Shown here: piece by piece, positions 1-9,426 of the stretch
How the letters are laid out: each line of letters starts with the position of its first letter
Numbering within the stretch: position 1 is the first letter of the stretch
Assembly: GCA_034530615.2 (NCBI GenBank)
Contig: JAVRCV020000054.1
Coordinates: 1 to 33,925, forward strand
Source of the DNA: Aulosira sp. ZfuVER01
GTDB lineage: Bacteria > Cyanobacteriota > Cyanobacteriia > Cyanobacteriales > Nostocaceae
Reading direction: 5' to 3'
Length of the DNA stretch: 33,925 nt
Translations under genes and position numbers: made by a program
Notes under the pieces: generated by a model
What the model was told of the DNA's origin: nothing
Seen by the model: only the letters and a program-made list of their open reading frames with translations
Database searches by the model: none

Positions 1-2
1 TC

Positions 3-71
3 ATTGGTGGATTAAAATCGGAGCTTAATCATAAGTCATTTTCCGAACATGATATCAAAGCCTTATCCTGA
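3..71 (+). CDS. possible 3' end of a gene entering from the left edge
   Basis: Open frame IGGLKSELNHKSFSEHDIKALS* ending at TGA 69-71, convergent with the next gene; too short to identify. Confidence 0.25.
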   Translation: MGGLKSELNHKSFSEHDIKALS

Positions 72-136
72 CCAAAATCTCCATTTCAACCTGCGGAATG
101 TAGGATAATAATCCTCACTATTATGCCAAAGTCATG

Positions 137-165
137 AAAAAAGGGGCACAAAATTCTTGTACCCC
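137..165 (-). terminator. rho-independent terminator of the malectin-repeat gene
   Basis: Minus strand reads GGGGTACAA-GAATT-TTGTGCCCC followed by T6, about 80 bp after the stop at 248. Confidence 0.75.
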
Positions 166-247
166 GACTCTGCATAATTGGTAATCTAAAACTGAAGGAT
201 TATAGGTATCAGTGCATCAAAATCTCACCACTATCATGCAGACCTAG

Positions 248-3200
248 TTAAACGAAAGTGGCAGAACCATACAATGGCAAGTAGGCATCTGCAATTATTG
301 AAGACTGACCATTACTATTAACAGTCACATCCAACAAATCAATAGGATTGGTGTTGGTAAAGCTGGGCAAAATACCTTTAATTCTTTGGCTGGTAACTTC
401 GGTAAGAGTTGCAGCTTTGCCACCGATAATAACTTGAGTATTTGCCAAACTGCCAAAGTTTTTACCACCAATAACGAATGTATTCTTACCAGCATCATTA
501 TTTGCTGGTGCCCTCCAGGGGAAGATATCGTAAGCGGTGACACCGATTGCGGCTGCATCGTTAGGAGTTGCAACTGTTACTCTACTATCAGCATAATCAA
601 TACCAACGATCGCACCTCCAGGGCCAGTCAATACATCCAAACCATCTGCAACTCCAGTGTAAGTAGTTGTTTTTACTACTTTTGTACCATCTGGCGATAG
701 GGTAAAGTCATAGAGTTGTTGATTCCATTTCTGAGCAAGTAAATGCCCCCGCAGTTGGCCAGCGAATGTTGTTGCCCGATACACATCAATGCCATCGGTT
801 GATGACTCTGAAGTCGCTATTGGCGCTGTATATTTCCCACTACTAGGTTGAGAAGTTCCATAATAAACATTCTGGATCGGATCGGTCATGCCCCGATTGC
901 GATTGGGATGACCGTAGTATTGGCCTTGTGTGATTATGTTCAGCTCATCTTTATCACCATAGGTGGGTTGTTGAGTTGTTGCTGAGGTAGAAACATCGCC
1001 AAAGCCGGGGTTTGGGCCATTGTCTGTTGCATAAAGTATTCCGCCTGGAGTAAAGACGAGATCGTAAGGATTACGAAGTCCAGCACCGTAGACAGACACA
1101 TCGACACCAGGTTGTACAATTGCCTTATCTCCAAATTTTTGACTTGTGGCGGGGTCAAAGGTGATTCCACTAGGGGGTTTAAAATCGGATGGCAGAGAAT
1201 ATTTAATCTTGCCATTAAAGTTAGGTTTTGAAATTTCCGCTTTGAGGATAGCAGCTGAGAAAGGAGACTCTGGAAGACCGCCTATATTGTCATTGGTAAT
1301 ACCTGCATTAGTATTGCTACCAATACCAATGTATAAATCTCCTTTATTATCAAAGGCCATACCATTAACACCGTGGTCATGGTTGGAAGTAGGTAGCCCC
1401 GTAATCAAAGAGGTTCTCTGTGAGAAATCCGTTCCTTGGAGAATTGAAACTTCACCTGAATAAACAGAAAGCTCAGTATCTGGAAAAGCTCCACCACCAT
1501 TGCCATAGAGCTTAGTATGAGTAACGTAGATACTTGGTGAATCAGAGGTATCATAAGGATTAAAGGCAAGACCTAAGATATCACTGTTATATAAGTTCTT
1601 GATGGTGTTGATGATTTGGGTGTTGGTGACGTTGTAGTTTTGATCGAAGGTGTAAGCCCTGATTTCACCATCATAAGAAGCTACATACAGTCTGCCATCT
1701 GGGCCCCAAGCTCCTGTAGTAGGGTTATGGCCTGGTAAGGTAGCTACAGTTTTCTGTGTAAAGCTGATAGCAACAGTATCATTATCTGTAATGTTGACTG
1801 CAACGGGTGGAGCGCTGATATTGTTGTAATTACTATCTGTGCTGGTAACAGTATGGGTGATGTTTACTGTTTGAGCACCCTCTGGGGCAGTATCGTCAAC
1901 AGCATTGACAGTGACTGTTTGGGCAACATTCCAGTTAGTTGGGGTGAAGGTAAAACTAGTCTTGTTTGTGGTCAGCTGGTTAGCAACGCTAGTTTTCAGT
2001 GTAACTGTGACATCTGCGGTGGGTTTGGTATTGAGAACTAATGAGTAGCTATCACCAGCACCACCCTCGGTAACTGCGGTACTACCCCCTGTCTGCTGCA
2101 AAATTACTTGCGGCGCAGTTAGTGGGATGATTTCAATCCCTGAGATGGTAGCGTTGTTAACACTGGCATCTAAATTAATGTTGAGTACGCCATCACTCAC
2201 ATTCTGAGTTGGCACAGATAGAACTAAAGCAGAGTTATTACCTGTGAAGAAGGCATTTTTTGATAGTTCAAAGATATCTACGTTAGTAAAAGCTTTCTGA
2301 CCTTCCAGCGAGACATCGAATACTCGCTTATTGAAATCAGTAAAGTAATTTTCAGAAAAGTGTAGATTTACGGTATAGTTACCGTTTGCTACCGGAATTT
2401 GGTAAGCCAGGTTTTTAGCAAAGCGATCGCTTTGGTAAATAGCATCGTCTTCTGTCTTACCAATCGGCGCAGTAGTACTATAGACGCTAGTTGTACCGAC
2501 AAAGTAGTTATCAGCTTGCCAAACTTGACCCTTGGTGTCGGTGTAAGTTTTGGTTGCACCTGTATCAATCCGAATTGCGCCTGCTGTTGGTGCAGTGTCG
2601 TTATCGGTAATTGTGACCGGAAGAGGGTTAACAGCGAGGTTGTTGTATTTGGGATCGCTACTGCTGACAGTGTGGGTAATATTGACTGTTTGTGTCCCTT
2701 CCACAGCAGTATCGTTGACTGCTGTCACCGTCACAGTTTGGGCGATATTCCAATTAGTCGGGGTGAAGGTGAGGGTGGTTTTATCAAAACTCAGTTGATT
2801 ACCTGCGGCTAAAGCAATTGTGACGTTACTTGTAGGTGCAGAACTGAGAACTAATGAGTAACTATCAGTATTGCCTCCTTCTGTCACCGCAGTGCTACCA
2901 GCAGTCTGTTGCACAACTACCGATGGAGTCGGAGTGGTAGTGACGGGAATGACTTCTATCGCCGCAATTTTGGCATTATTAGCGCTGGCTAAGAAATTCA
3001 AATTCAGCGTGCCATCATTCACATCGACTGTGAAGGACTTATCCAAAGCGGTGTTGTTGCTTCCCGCTTGAGCAAAAATATCTAAGTTATCAATGAATAG
3101 CTGATTTTCTGCACTGACATCAAAGACTCGTTGACCGGAGCCAGTAAAGTACAGTTCGGCAAACTTGAGGTTGACATTGTATTTCCCGTTAGCAACTGGA

Positions 3201-4186
3201 ATCGCATAAGAAAGATTGTTGAGCCAGCGTTCACTTTGATAAAGCGGGTCATCTACAGTATTGGCGATCGCAGCTGTTGTGGAGTAAAGATTACCACCTA
3301 CGAAATACTGATCTGCTTGCCAGACATTACCTAGACTATCGGTGTAAGCTCCACCACCTACATTAATCCGAATTGCTTTTCCTGTGGGTGCTGGTGCAGT
3401 GTCGTTATCGGTAATCGTGACCGGAAGATTGCCAACAGCAAGGTTATTGTATTTGGGATCGCTACTGCTAACAGTGTGGGTAATATTGACTGTTTGTGTC
3501 CCTTCCACAGCAGTATCGTTGACTGCTGTCACCGTTACAGTTTGGGCGGTATTCCAGTTAGTTGGGGTGAAGGTGAGGGTGGTTTTATCAAAACTCAGTT
3601 GATTACCTGCGTCTAAAGCAATTGTGACGTTACTTGTAGGTGCAGAACTGAGAACTAACGAGTAACTATCAGTATTGCCGCCTTCTGTCACCGCAGTGCT
3701 ACCAGCAGTTTGTTGCACAACTACCGATGCAGTCGGAGTTGGGGTGATGGGAATGACTTCTATCGCCGTAACTGTGGCATTATTCACGCTGGCTAAGAAA
3801 TCCAAATTAAGCGTGCCATCAGCAACTTTGACATTGAAAGACTTATCTAAAGCGGTGTTGTTGCTTCCCGCTTGGGCAAAAATATCTAAGTTATCAATGA
3901 ATAGCTGATTTTCCGCACTAACATCAAAGACTCGTTGACCGGAGCTAGTAAAGTACAGTTCTGCAAACTTGAGGTTAACTGTGTAGTCACCGTCTGTGAC
4001 GGGAATCGCATAGGAAAGGTTTTTGAGCCACCGTTCATTTTGATAAAGCGGGTCAGAGTTAGTATTGGCGATCGCAGAAGTTGTTGAGTAGAGATTACCT
4101 CCTATGAAAAATTGATCTGCTAACCAATCAATACCATTACTATCTTTGTAAGCTCCACCACCTGCGTTAATCCGAATAGGAACCAT
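248..4186 (-). CDS. malectin-domain carbohydrate-binding protein: 3x[malectin + Calx-beta/Ig-like], then a glucose/sorbosone-dehydrogenase-like beta-propeller and a C-terminal IPT/TIG-like domain
   Basis: Malectin motifs IRINAGG..W.AD..F, LYQ.ER, Y.V.L.FAE.YF...RVFDV x3; TEGG..DSY..VL...PT..VT repeats; GLRNPYDL and DNGPN propeller motifs. Confidence 0.85.
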   Translation of the reverse strand: MVPIRINAGGGAYKDSNGIDWLADQFFIGGNLYSTTSAIANTNSDPLYQNERWLKNLSYAIPVTDGDYTVNLKFAELYFTSSGQRVFDVSAENQLFIDNLDIFAQAGSNNTALDKSFNVKVADGTLNLDFLASVNNATVTAIEVIPITPTPTASVVVQQTAGSTAVTEGGNTDSYSLVLSSAPTSNVTIALDAGNQLSFDKTTLTFTPTNWNTAQTVTVTAVNDTAVEGTQTVNITHTVSSSDPKYNNLAVGNLPVTITDNDTAPAPTGKAIRINVGGGAYTDSLGNVWQADQYFVGGNLYSTTAAIANTVDDPLYQSERWLNNLSYAIPVANGKYNVNLKFAELYFTGSGQRVFDVSAENQLFIDNLDIFAQAGSNNTALDKSFTVDVNDGTLNLNFLASANNAKIAAIEVIPVTTTPTPSVVVQQTAGSTAVTEGGNTDSYSLVLSSAPTSNVTIALAAGNQLSFDKTTLTFTPTNWNIAQTVTVTAVNDTAVEGTQTVNITHTVSSSDPKYNNLAVNPLPVTITDNDTAPTAGAIRIDTGATKTYTDTKGQVWQADNYFVGTTSVYSTTAPIGKTEDDAIYQSDRFAKNLAYQIPVANGNYTVNLHFSENYFTDFNKRVFDVSLEGQKAFTNVDIFELSKNAFFTGNNSALVLSVPTQNVSDGVLNINLDASVNNATISGIEIIPLTAPQVILQQTGGSTAVTEGGAGDSYSLVLNTKPTADVTVTLKTSVANQLTTNKTSFTFTPTNWNVAQTVTVNAVDDTAPEGAQTVNITHTVTSTDSNYNNISAPPVAVNITDNDTVAISFTQKTVATLPGHNPTTGAWGPDGRLYVASYDGEIRAYTFDQNYNVTNTQIINTIKNLYNSDILGLAFNPYDTSDSPSIYVTHTKLYGNGGGAFPDTELSVYSGEVSILQGTDFSQRTSLITGLPTSNHDHGVNGMAFDNKGDLYIGIGSNTNAGITNDNIGGLPESPFSAAILKAEISKPNFNGKIKYSLPSDFKPPSGITFDPATSQKFGDKAIVQPGVDVSVYGAGLRNPYDLVFTPGGILYATDNGPNPGFGDVSTSATTQQPTYGDKDELNIITQGQYYGHPNRNRGMTDPIQNVYYGTSQPSSGKYTAPIATSESSTDGIDVYRATTFAGQLRGHLLAQKWNQQLYDFTLSPDGTKVVKTTTYTGVADGLDVLTGPGGAIVGIDYADSRVTVATPNDAAAIGVTAYDIFPWRAPANNDAGKNTFVIGGKNFGSLANTQVIIGGKAATLTEVTSQRIKGILPSFTNTNPIDLLDVTVNSNGQSSIIADAYLPLYGSATFV
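2589..4186 (-). repeat. internal tandem duplication, period about 804 bp (268 aa)
   Basis: GGTGCAGTGTCGTTATCGGTAA occurs at 2589 and 3393; long near-identical DNA stretches between units 1 and 2. Confidence 0.9.
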
Positions 4187-4650
4187 AATTATCTAGATTA
4201 CAAATAATTTCTTACTCAATTTCACGGATAACCCAAACTTTACACAAGGCTTTTTGTAAACTTTTGATATTTTTTGTTTAAAACTTGAATTAAGAATTTA
4301 TAGCTTTATATGAATTAAATATTCATAAATTCTTGATAAAGAAATATATGTAATTTAAGGTAATTGATTGAACTTTATATAAAAGATTTTTAAGTATATG
4401 ATGAAGTTCTGTTGGGATATTGACGCATTAACGAAATGTGCTATAGCTATCAGATTTGATTTTGAAAAAAATCTCAGTAGCCTCTGATAAGAAATAGTAA
4501 GTTTTTTTATAACAATGGGGGAAATGGGGCAAGGGAAGGAAGAAAAAGCTGATTCCTGCGTTTATAAAAGAGTCCTAACTCACCCTTTGATGTAAAACCT
4601 ACACCTGTGAGGGATTGAGGGAGAACTCACTAAAAAGCTTGCTCCATATT

Positions 4651-4675
4651 ACTTTTGACTTTTGACTATTGACTT
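4651..4675. repeat. STRR-type 7-bp tandem repeat (TTTTGAC)
   Basis: ACTTTTGACTTTTGACTATTGACTT. Confidence 0.7.
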
Positions 4676-4835
4676 CCGCGCAGCAGTACTAGGTATCGGT
4701 TATTGGCTTACCTGTTACTTTTTCACGCTATGCGTCTTTGCAAGTTTTCTAAATGGCATCAGCACAGAATGCGATCGCGCCTGTCAATTACAGTAAGCTG
4801 TTTGAGGGCGTTTTTCACAATCTTCACAATCTCCT

Positions 4836-6071
4836 ATGGCAACGATTAACGACAACTACCTCAAGCTAAAAGCAGGTTATCTGTTTCCGGAAATTGCACG
4901 GCGGGTAAATGCCTTTGCCGAAGCTAATCCTGATGCTAAAATTATCCGCCTGGGCATTGGCGATGTTACAGAACCTCTACCAGAAGCTTGCCGCACAGCG
5001 ATGATTAAAGCTGTAGAAGAAATGGGCGCTCGCGCTACCTTCAAAGGCTATGGCCCAGAACAAGGTTATGCTTGGTTACGGGAGAAAATTGCCGCCCAAG
5101 ATTTTCAAGCACGGGGGGCTGATATTGATGCCTCGGAAATCTTTATCTCAGACGGTTCTAAGTGCGATACTGGGAATATTCTGGAAATTTTTGGACATGA
5201 TAATGCGATCGCCGTTACAGATCCGGTTTATCCTGTTTACGTAGATACTAACGTCATGGCAGGCAACACAGGCAACGCTAACGACAAAGGCGAGTTTGCA
5301 GGTTTAGTTTATCTACCCATTACCGCAGAAAACAACTTTACCGCAGAGATTCCTGCCCAAAAAGTTGATTTAATTTATCTTTGCTTCCCCAATAACCCCA
5401 CCGGTGCAACTGCCAGCAAAGAACATCTCAAAGCATGGGTAGACTATGCTAGAGCTAATAACTCAATTATTTTCTTTGACGCTGCCTACGAAGCTTATAT
5501 CACCGATCCCGACATTCCTCACTCAATATATGAGATTGAAGGTGCAAGAGAAGTAGCGATCGAGTTTCGGTCTTTCTCCAAAAATGCAGGCTTTACAGGA
5601 ACTCGCTGCGCTTTAACCGTCGTACCCAAAACCTTGAAAGCAAAAGCCGCAGACGGTTCTGATGTCGAACTGTGGAAGTTGTGGAATCGCCGCCAGTCCA
5701 CCAAGTTTAATGGAGTTTCTTACATCGTACAACGGGGTGCGGAGGCAGTTTACTCCCCAGAAGGGCAAACGCAAATTAAAACACTGGTTAGTTTCTATTT
5801 AGAAAACGCCAAAATTATTCGCGAAAAACTAACATCTGCTGGGTTAGCTGTATATGGTGGCGTGAATGCACCTTACGTTTGGGTAAAAACTCCCAATGGT
5901 TTATCGAGTTGGGAATTCTTTGATAAACTGCTGCAAACTGTTAACGTAGTAGGAACCCCTGGTTCTGGTTTCGGTGCTGCTGGTGAAGGTTACTTCCGCA
6001 TTTCGGCATTTAATAGTCGGGAAAATGTAGAAGAAGCAATGCAGAGAATTACAACTCGCTTGTCTTTATAA
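4836..6071 (+). CDS. dapL: LL-diaminopimelate aminotransferase
   Basis: [32 protein letters not shown] and the PLP lysine motif [12 protein letters not shown]. Confidence 0.97.
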   Translation: MATINDNYLKLKAGYLFPEIARRVNAFAEANPDAKIIRLGIGDVTEPLPEACRTAMIKAVEEMGARATFKGYGPEQGYAWLREKIAAQDFQARGADIDASEIFISDGSKCDTGNILEIFGHDNAIAVTDPVYPVYVDTNVMAGNTGNANDKGEFAGLVYLPITAENNFTAEIPAQKVDLIYLCFPNNPTGATASKEHLKAWVDYARANNSIIFFDAAYEAYITDPDIPHSIYEIEGAREVAIEFRSFSKNAGFTGTRCALTVVPKTLKAKAADGSDVELWKLWNRRQSTKFNGVSYIVQRGAEAVYSPEGQTQIKTLVSFYLENAKIIREKLTSAGLAVYGGVNAPYVWVKTPNGLSSWEFFDKLLQTVNVVGTPGSGFGAAGEGYFRISAFNSRENVEEAMQRITTRLSL

Positions 6072-6075
6072 GTAA

Positions 6076-6220
6076 GGCAGAAGGCAGAGGGCAGAGGGCA
6101 GAAGGGTTAAGATCACATGTCTTTACTTTGTGTCTTTGTGGTTACAAATTTTTTACCAGAAAGACACAGAGAAGTTTTCATGGCATAGTTGTGTAATTAA
6201 TTACATGACTGCCTTCTGCC
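6076..6220. repeat. Nostocales-type intergenic repeat (MITE/REP-like) with heptamer repeats and an inner hairpin
   Basis: GGCAGAAGGCAG at 6076 and its reverse complement CTGCCTTCTGCC at 6209-6220; GGCAGAR x4; inner hairpin CTTTGTGTCTTT..AAAGACACAGAG (6126-6171). Confidence 0.6.
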
Positions 6221-6427
6221 AATTTTATGTCACGCATCTTTGACAATATAAATTTGCCACTGCTACCGATTTTGCAAGAGATGCTGAAGGTGTCTTATCG
6301 GGCAGATTTTTGCGTTTACACGCTAAGTTATACTTAGTGCATCGCCAGTCCAGAGCGATCGCTTTCAATATCGCGTTAAATAATGACAACCAAAAAGAAT
6401 TTGGTATAAGCAACAAATACCTCGAAG

Positions 6428-6538
6428 TCGTATTCAGGTACTTCAATATCGTAATCGTATTTAGATACTTCAATATCGTATTTAGGTACTCCAATATCGT
6501 TTTGAGGTACTCCAATATCGTATTCAGGTACTTCAAAG
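6428..6538. repeat. five 21-bp tandem repeats (TCGTATTYAGGTACTYCAATA)
   Basis: Units at 6428, 6455, 6476, 6497 and 6518; a 6-bp insertion TCGTAA after the first unit. Confidence 0.9.
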
Positions 6539-7056
6539 TCCAGTAGCGTTATGCTGTCATAGGCCAGTTGTGATAGTGCTGTAGTCGCTACATCATTTAC
6601 ACAGCAAGCTTGTCAGGCGAAGGCAACTGGCTAAAAACGCAACCAGAACGCATCAACCTTGCACAAGGCGATGAATGCAGATAGTTGGTATTGCTCTGGG
6701 AGTGCGATCGCGCTGACAACTAATGCTTACACTGATTACAGCAGCCACAGTCAGGAATAAATCCAGAGAAAAATCTGGTGAGCAAACATTTGTTACCCAT
6801 CTTGAAAGTTTCATGGGTAAGGCAAATTAATTCATCAAGTTTTATTATACGGGTATAAGTGAAGAAACTTATCTAAAAGAAATTATGCTGGCGGTAAAAA
6901 ATCTTGCATTTGATGCAGACTTACAACAGCTAGAAGTGGAATATCAAATTTAAAGTCAGAGAAAAGATTTGATAGCCGATTGCGATGATGCAGCTTGGTA
7001 GTAATTTGTTCTAATTGCAGGCTGAAATTCTTAACCAGATTAAGTTGGATTTAGTA

Positions 7057-7157
7057 ATACCAATTTGAAAAAAGAATGCAACAGATGGATTCCCACAAGT
7101 GAGACACAGAAAGCAATTTCCAATCCAAAATCCAAAATCTAAAATCCAAAATGGTAT
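7057..7157. repeat. short inverted-repeat-bounded intergenic element containing STRR (AAAATCC)n
   Basis: ATACCAATTT...AAAATGGTAT ends; CCAAAATCCAAAATCTAAAATCCAAAAT inside. Confidence 0.6.
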
Positions 7158-7256
7158 AAGTCGAAAGAAGGCATCGCTCCCCAAACCACAACAGATTGCT
7201 GAGAAATATATTAAAATTTGTAAATAATATTACTGTGGTTGTACTAGCCCAATCCT

Positions 7257-8147
7257 ATGGCGATTCCGCAAAATCCTTTCTGGGAACGTTTTTTATCTCC
7301 TGTAGTCCGGTTTTTGATTGATGAAGAGGGGTTAGAACGTTATGCTCTAAGTATTGACTGGGAGAAACAGAGCGATCGCTTTCAAAGAGCAGATGTTGTA
7401 ATTCCCTCTTACTACAATAGCTACAAATTTCGCGGCATTGAGGGCGGCTATCTCAACCCGAAAGTAGTAGTTTCCTACGATTCAATTATCCAATACCTGC
7501 TGCCTCCTAACGAAACCCTTGTACGGCAGGCGTTGATTGATGCGATTCAAGTCCAACCCCGACGCATACTTGATTTGGGTTGCGGTACAGGTTCTACTAC
7601 TTTGAAGCTCAAACAAGCTTTCCCGCAAGCAGAGGTCATAGGATTAGATTTATCTGCTTATATGTTGGTAAAAGCAGAACTTAAAGCTACAAGTGCTGGT
7701 TTAGATATAGTTTGGCGACACGGTAATGCCGAGAAAACAGCCTTCTCTGATGCGTCCTTTGACTTAGTAACAGCTTCTTTGTTATTTCGGGAAATTCCAA
7801 CTGCTGTATCACAAGCAATTTTACGGGAATGCTTTCGGTTACTCGTGGTAGGTGGACAAGTATTAATTCTAGATAGTAATCAAAAGGCCCTGCGTCAGCT
7901 AGAATGGCTCAATGATGTTATTGAGGAGCCATATCTTCGTGAGTATGCTGCTCTCAATGTGAATGAGAGTATCGGTAAAGCAGGATTTGAAGCATTGCAA
8001 ACCCAAGATGTTTGGTGGATGCATCAGGTAATTAGCGGCGTAAAACCTATGTCCAACCGCAAACAAGTCCGCCAGTACGTATCAAAATCAACAGATAGCA
8101 GTGATTTGGAGGATCTAGGGTCCCCAGTTTTTGGCATAAGAGCATGA
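7257..8147 (+). CDS. class I SAM-dependent methyltransferase
   Basis: ILDLGCGTG motif I, IGLDLS, GNAE, SFDLV. Confidence 0.9.
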   Translation: MAIPQNPFWERFLSPVVRFLIDEEGLERYALSIDWEKQSDRFQRADVVIPSYYNSYKFRGIEGGYLNPKVVVSYDSIIQYLLPPNETLVRQALIDAIQVQPRRILDLGCGTGSTTLKLKQAFPQAEVIGLDLSAYMLVKAELKATSAGLDIVWRHGNAEKTAFSDASFDLVTASLLFREIPTAVSQAILRECFRLLVVGGQVLILDSNQKALRQLEWLNDVIEEPYLREYAALNVNESIGKAGFEALQTQDVWWMHQVISGVKPMSNRKQVRQYVSKSTDSSDLEDLGSPVFGIRA

Positions 8148-8869
8148 GTTTAAAGGCAGTTTTATTTGATTTTAATGGTGTCATCATTAATGATGAGCGA
8201 ATCCACCTGCAATTAATAGATCAGATTCTCATAGAGGAAAATCTCCAACCGCAACGAGACAATGAGCGTCAAGCTTCTCTAGGGCGTAGTGACCGCGCTT
8301 GTTTTCAAGAATTATTGCATAATCGCGGTCGTGTGGTCAGTGAAGAATATTTAACTCAATTGCTCAACCGCAAGGCTCAAGGATATGCCTTGGAACTAGA
8401 GAAACTTGAAAAACTGCCTTTATATTCAGGTTTAGACGACTTGATATTTCAGGTGCGATCGCGCAATCTCAAAATAGGGCTAGTTAGTGGTGCAATTCGC
8501 AACGAAATCGATTTAGTACTCCAACGCGCTAACCTAGCGGAACATTTTTCAGTTATAGTAGCCGATGATGATATCACTACCAGTAAGCCAAAACCCGATG
8601 GCTATCTATTGGCGGTGGAACGTCTTAACCACAAATATCCTCAGTTAAGTTTGCAACCACAAGATTGTTTGGCAATTGAAGATACCCCCGCTGGTATCCA
8701 AGCAGCCAAACGAGCGCAAATGCAGGTAGTAGGCGTAGCAAATACTTACCCATTTCATATGCTTCAGCGTTGCTGTAACTGGACTGTGGATTATTTAACT
8801 GATTTGGAACTGGAAAGAATACAAGAAGTTTATTCCCAAAAAGAGTTGCAGAAAACACCAAGTGAATGA
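8144..8869 (+). CDS. HAD-superfamily phosphatase (CbbY/beta-PGM-like)
   Basis: FDFNGVI, KPKPDGY and IEDTPAGI motifs; ATGA overlap with the upstream gene. Confidence 0.9.
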   Translation: MSLKAVLFDFNGVIINDERIHLQLIDQILIEENLQPQRDNERQASLGRSDRACFQELLHNRGRVVSEEYLTQLLNRKAQGYALELEKLEKLPLYSGLDDLIFQVRSRNLKIGLVSGAIRNEIDLVLQRANLAEHFSVIVADDDITTSKPKPDGYLLAVERLNHKYPQLSLQPQDCLAIEDTPAGIQAAKRAQMQVVGVANTYPFHMLQRCCNWTVDYLTDLELERIQEVYSQKELQKTPSE

Positions 8870-8904
8870 TATAATGGAAAATGGTGAGTACAAAAATTAG
8901 ACTA

Positions 8905-8977
8905 GGGGAATTAGCTCAGTTGGTAGAGCGCTGCGATCGCACCGCAGAGGTCAGGGATTCGAGTTCCCTATTCTCCA
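8905..8977 (+). tRNA. trnA: tRNA-Ala(CGC)
   Basis: GGGGAAT/ATTCTCC acceptor stem with G3:U70; D arm AGCTCAGTTGGTAGAGC; anticodon arm CTGCG-ATCGCAC-CGCAG; T loop TTCGAGT. Confidence 0.97.
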
Positions 8978-9140
8978 TTCAGATCAAGCCTTCTAGACTT
9001 TATAAACCTGTCCTAACTGTCCTAAGCTTAAGACACTTTAGGACACTTGGCTAGAGGATATTGCCAACATTTAACTTAGCTGTGATAGCTACAGGTTTAG
9101 TCAATGGTCATTAGTTATTAGCTAAGGCACTTATAAACCA

Positions 9141-9170
9141 AAAGACCCCAGATTGTTCTCTGGGGTCTTT
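9141..9170. terminator. hairpin terminator between the tRNA and the convergent ORF
   Basis: AAAGACCCCAGA-TTGTTC-TCTGGGGTCTTT. Confidence 0.75.
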
Positions 9171-9193
9171 ATGACTTGATAAGCCTAATCAAG

Positions 9194-9409
9194 TTACATA
9201 GCCTCTAACCACTGGTCTATAGTAGCTTCTGACTCGACGCTAAGGTCTTGCCTGTAGACCCTATATGTCTCTCCGTTATCTAGAGAGATTAATAAGAGTC
9301 CTTCATCTAAAGTTTTGATATTATTAATATCCCCTGGATCAATCTCTATTTCGGTAGTGTCTAAGATGTCCGGGTTATCGTCAGCTACAGGTAAAGTAAT
9401 AGTGTGCAT
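9194..9409 (-). CDS. small acidic hypothetical protein
   Basis: 71-aa ORF with an ATG start, followed by a terminator; no family recognised. Confidence 0.55.
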   Translation of the reverse strand: MHTITLPVADDNPDILDTTEIEIDPGDINNIKTLDEGLLLISLDNGETYRVYRQDLSVESEATIDQWLEAM

Positions 9410-9426
9410 AAGTTATTAACCTAGTA

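Noticed and set aside
325..3908. Many short antisense or alternative-frame ORFs inside the malectin gene (and likewise inside other genes)
   Set aside because: Shadow ORFs of well-supported genes; the repeated ones simply mirror the internal duplication
6428..6538. CRISPR array
   Set aside because: The repeats are contiguous with no unique spacers, and there are no cas genes in the window
6831..6953. Open frame FIKFYYTGISEETYLKEIMLAVKNLAFDADLQQLEVEYQI*
   Set aside because: It looks like a gene tail, but has an in-frame stop upstream and no identifiable family
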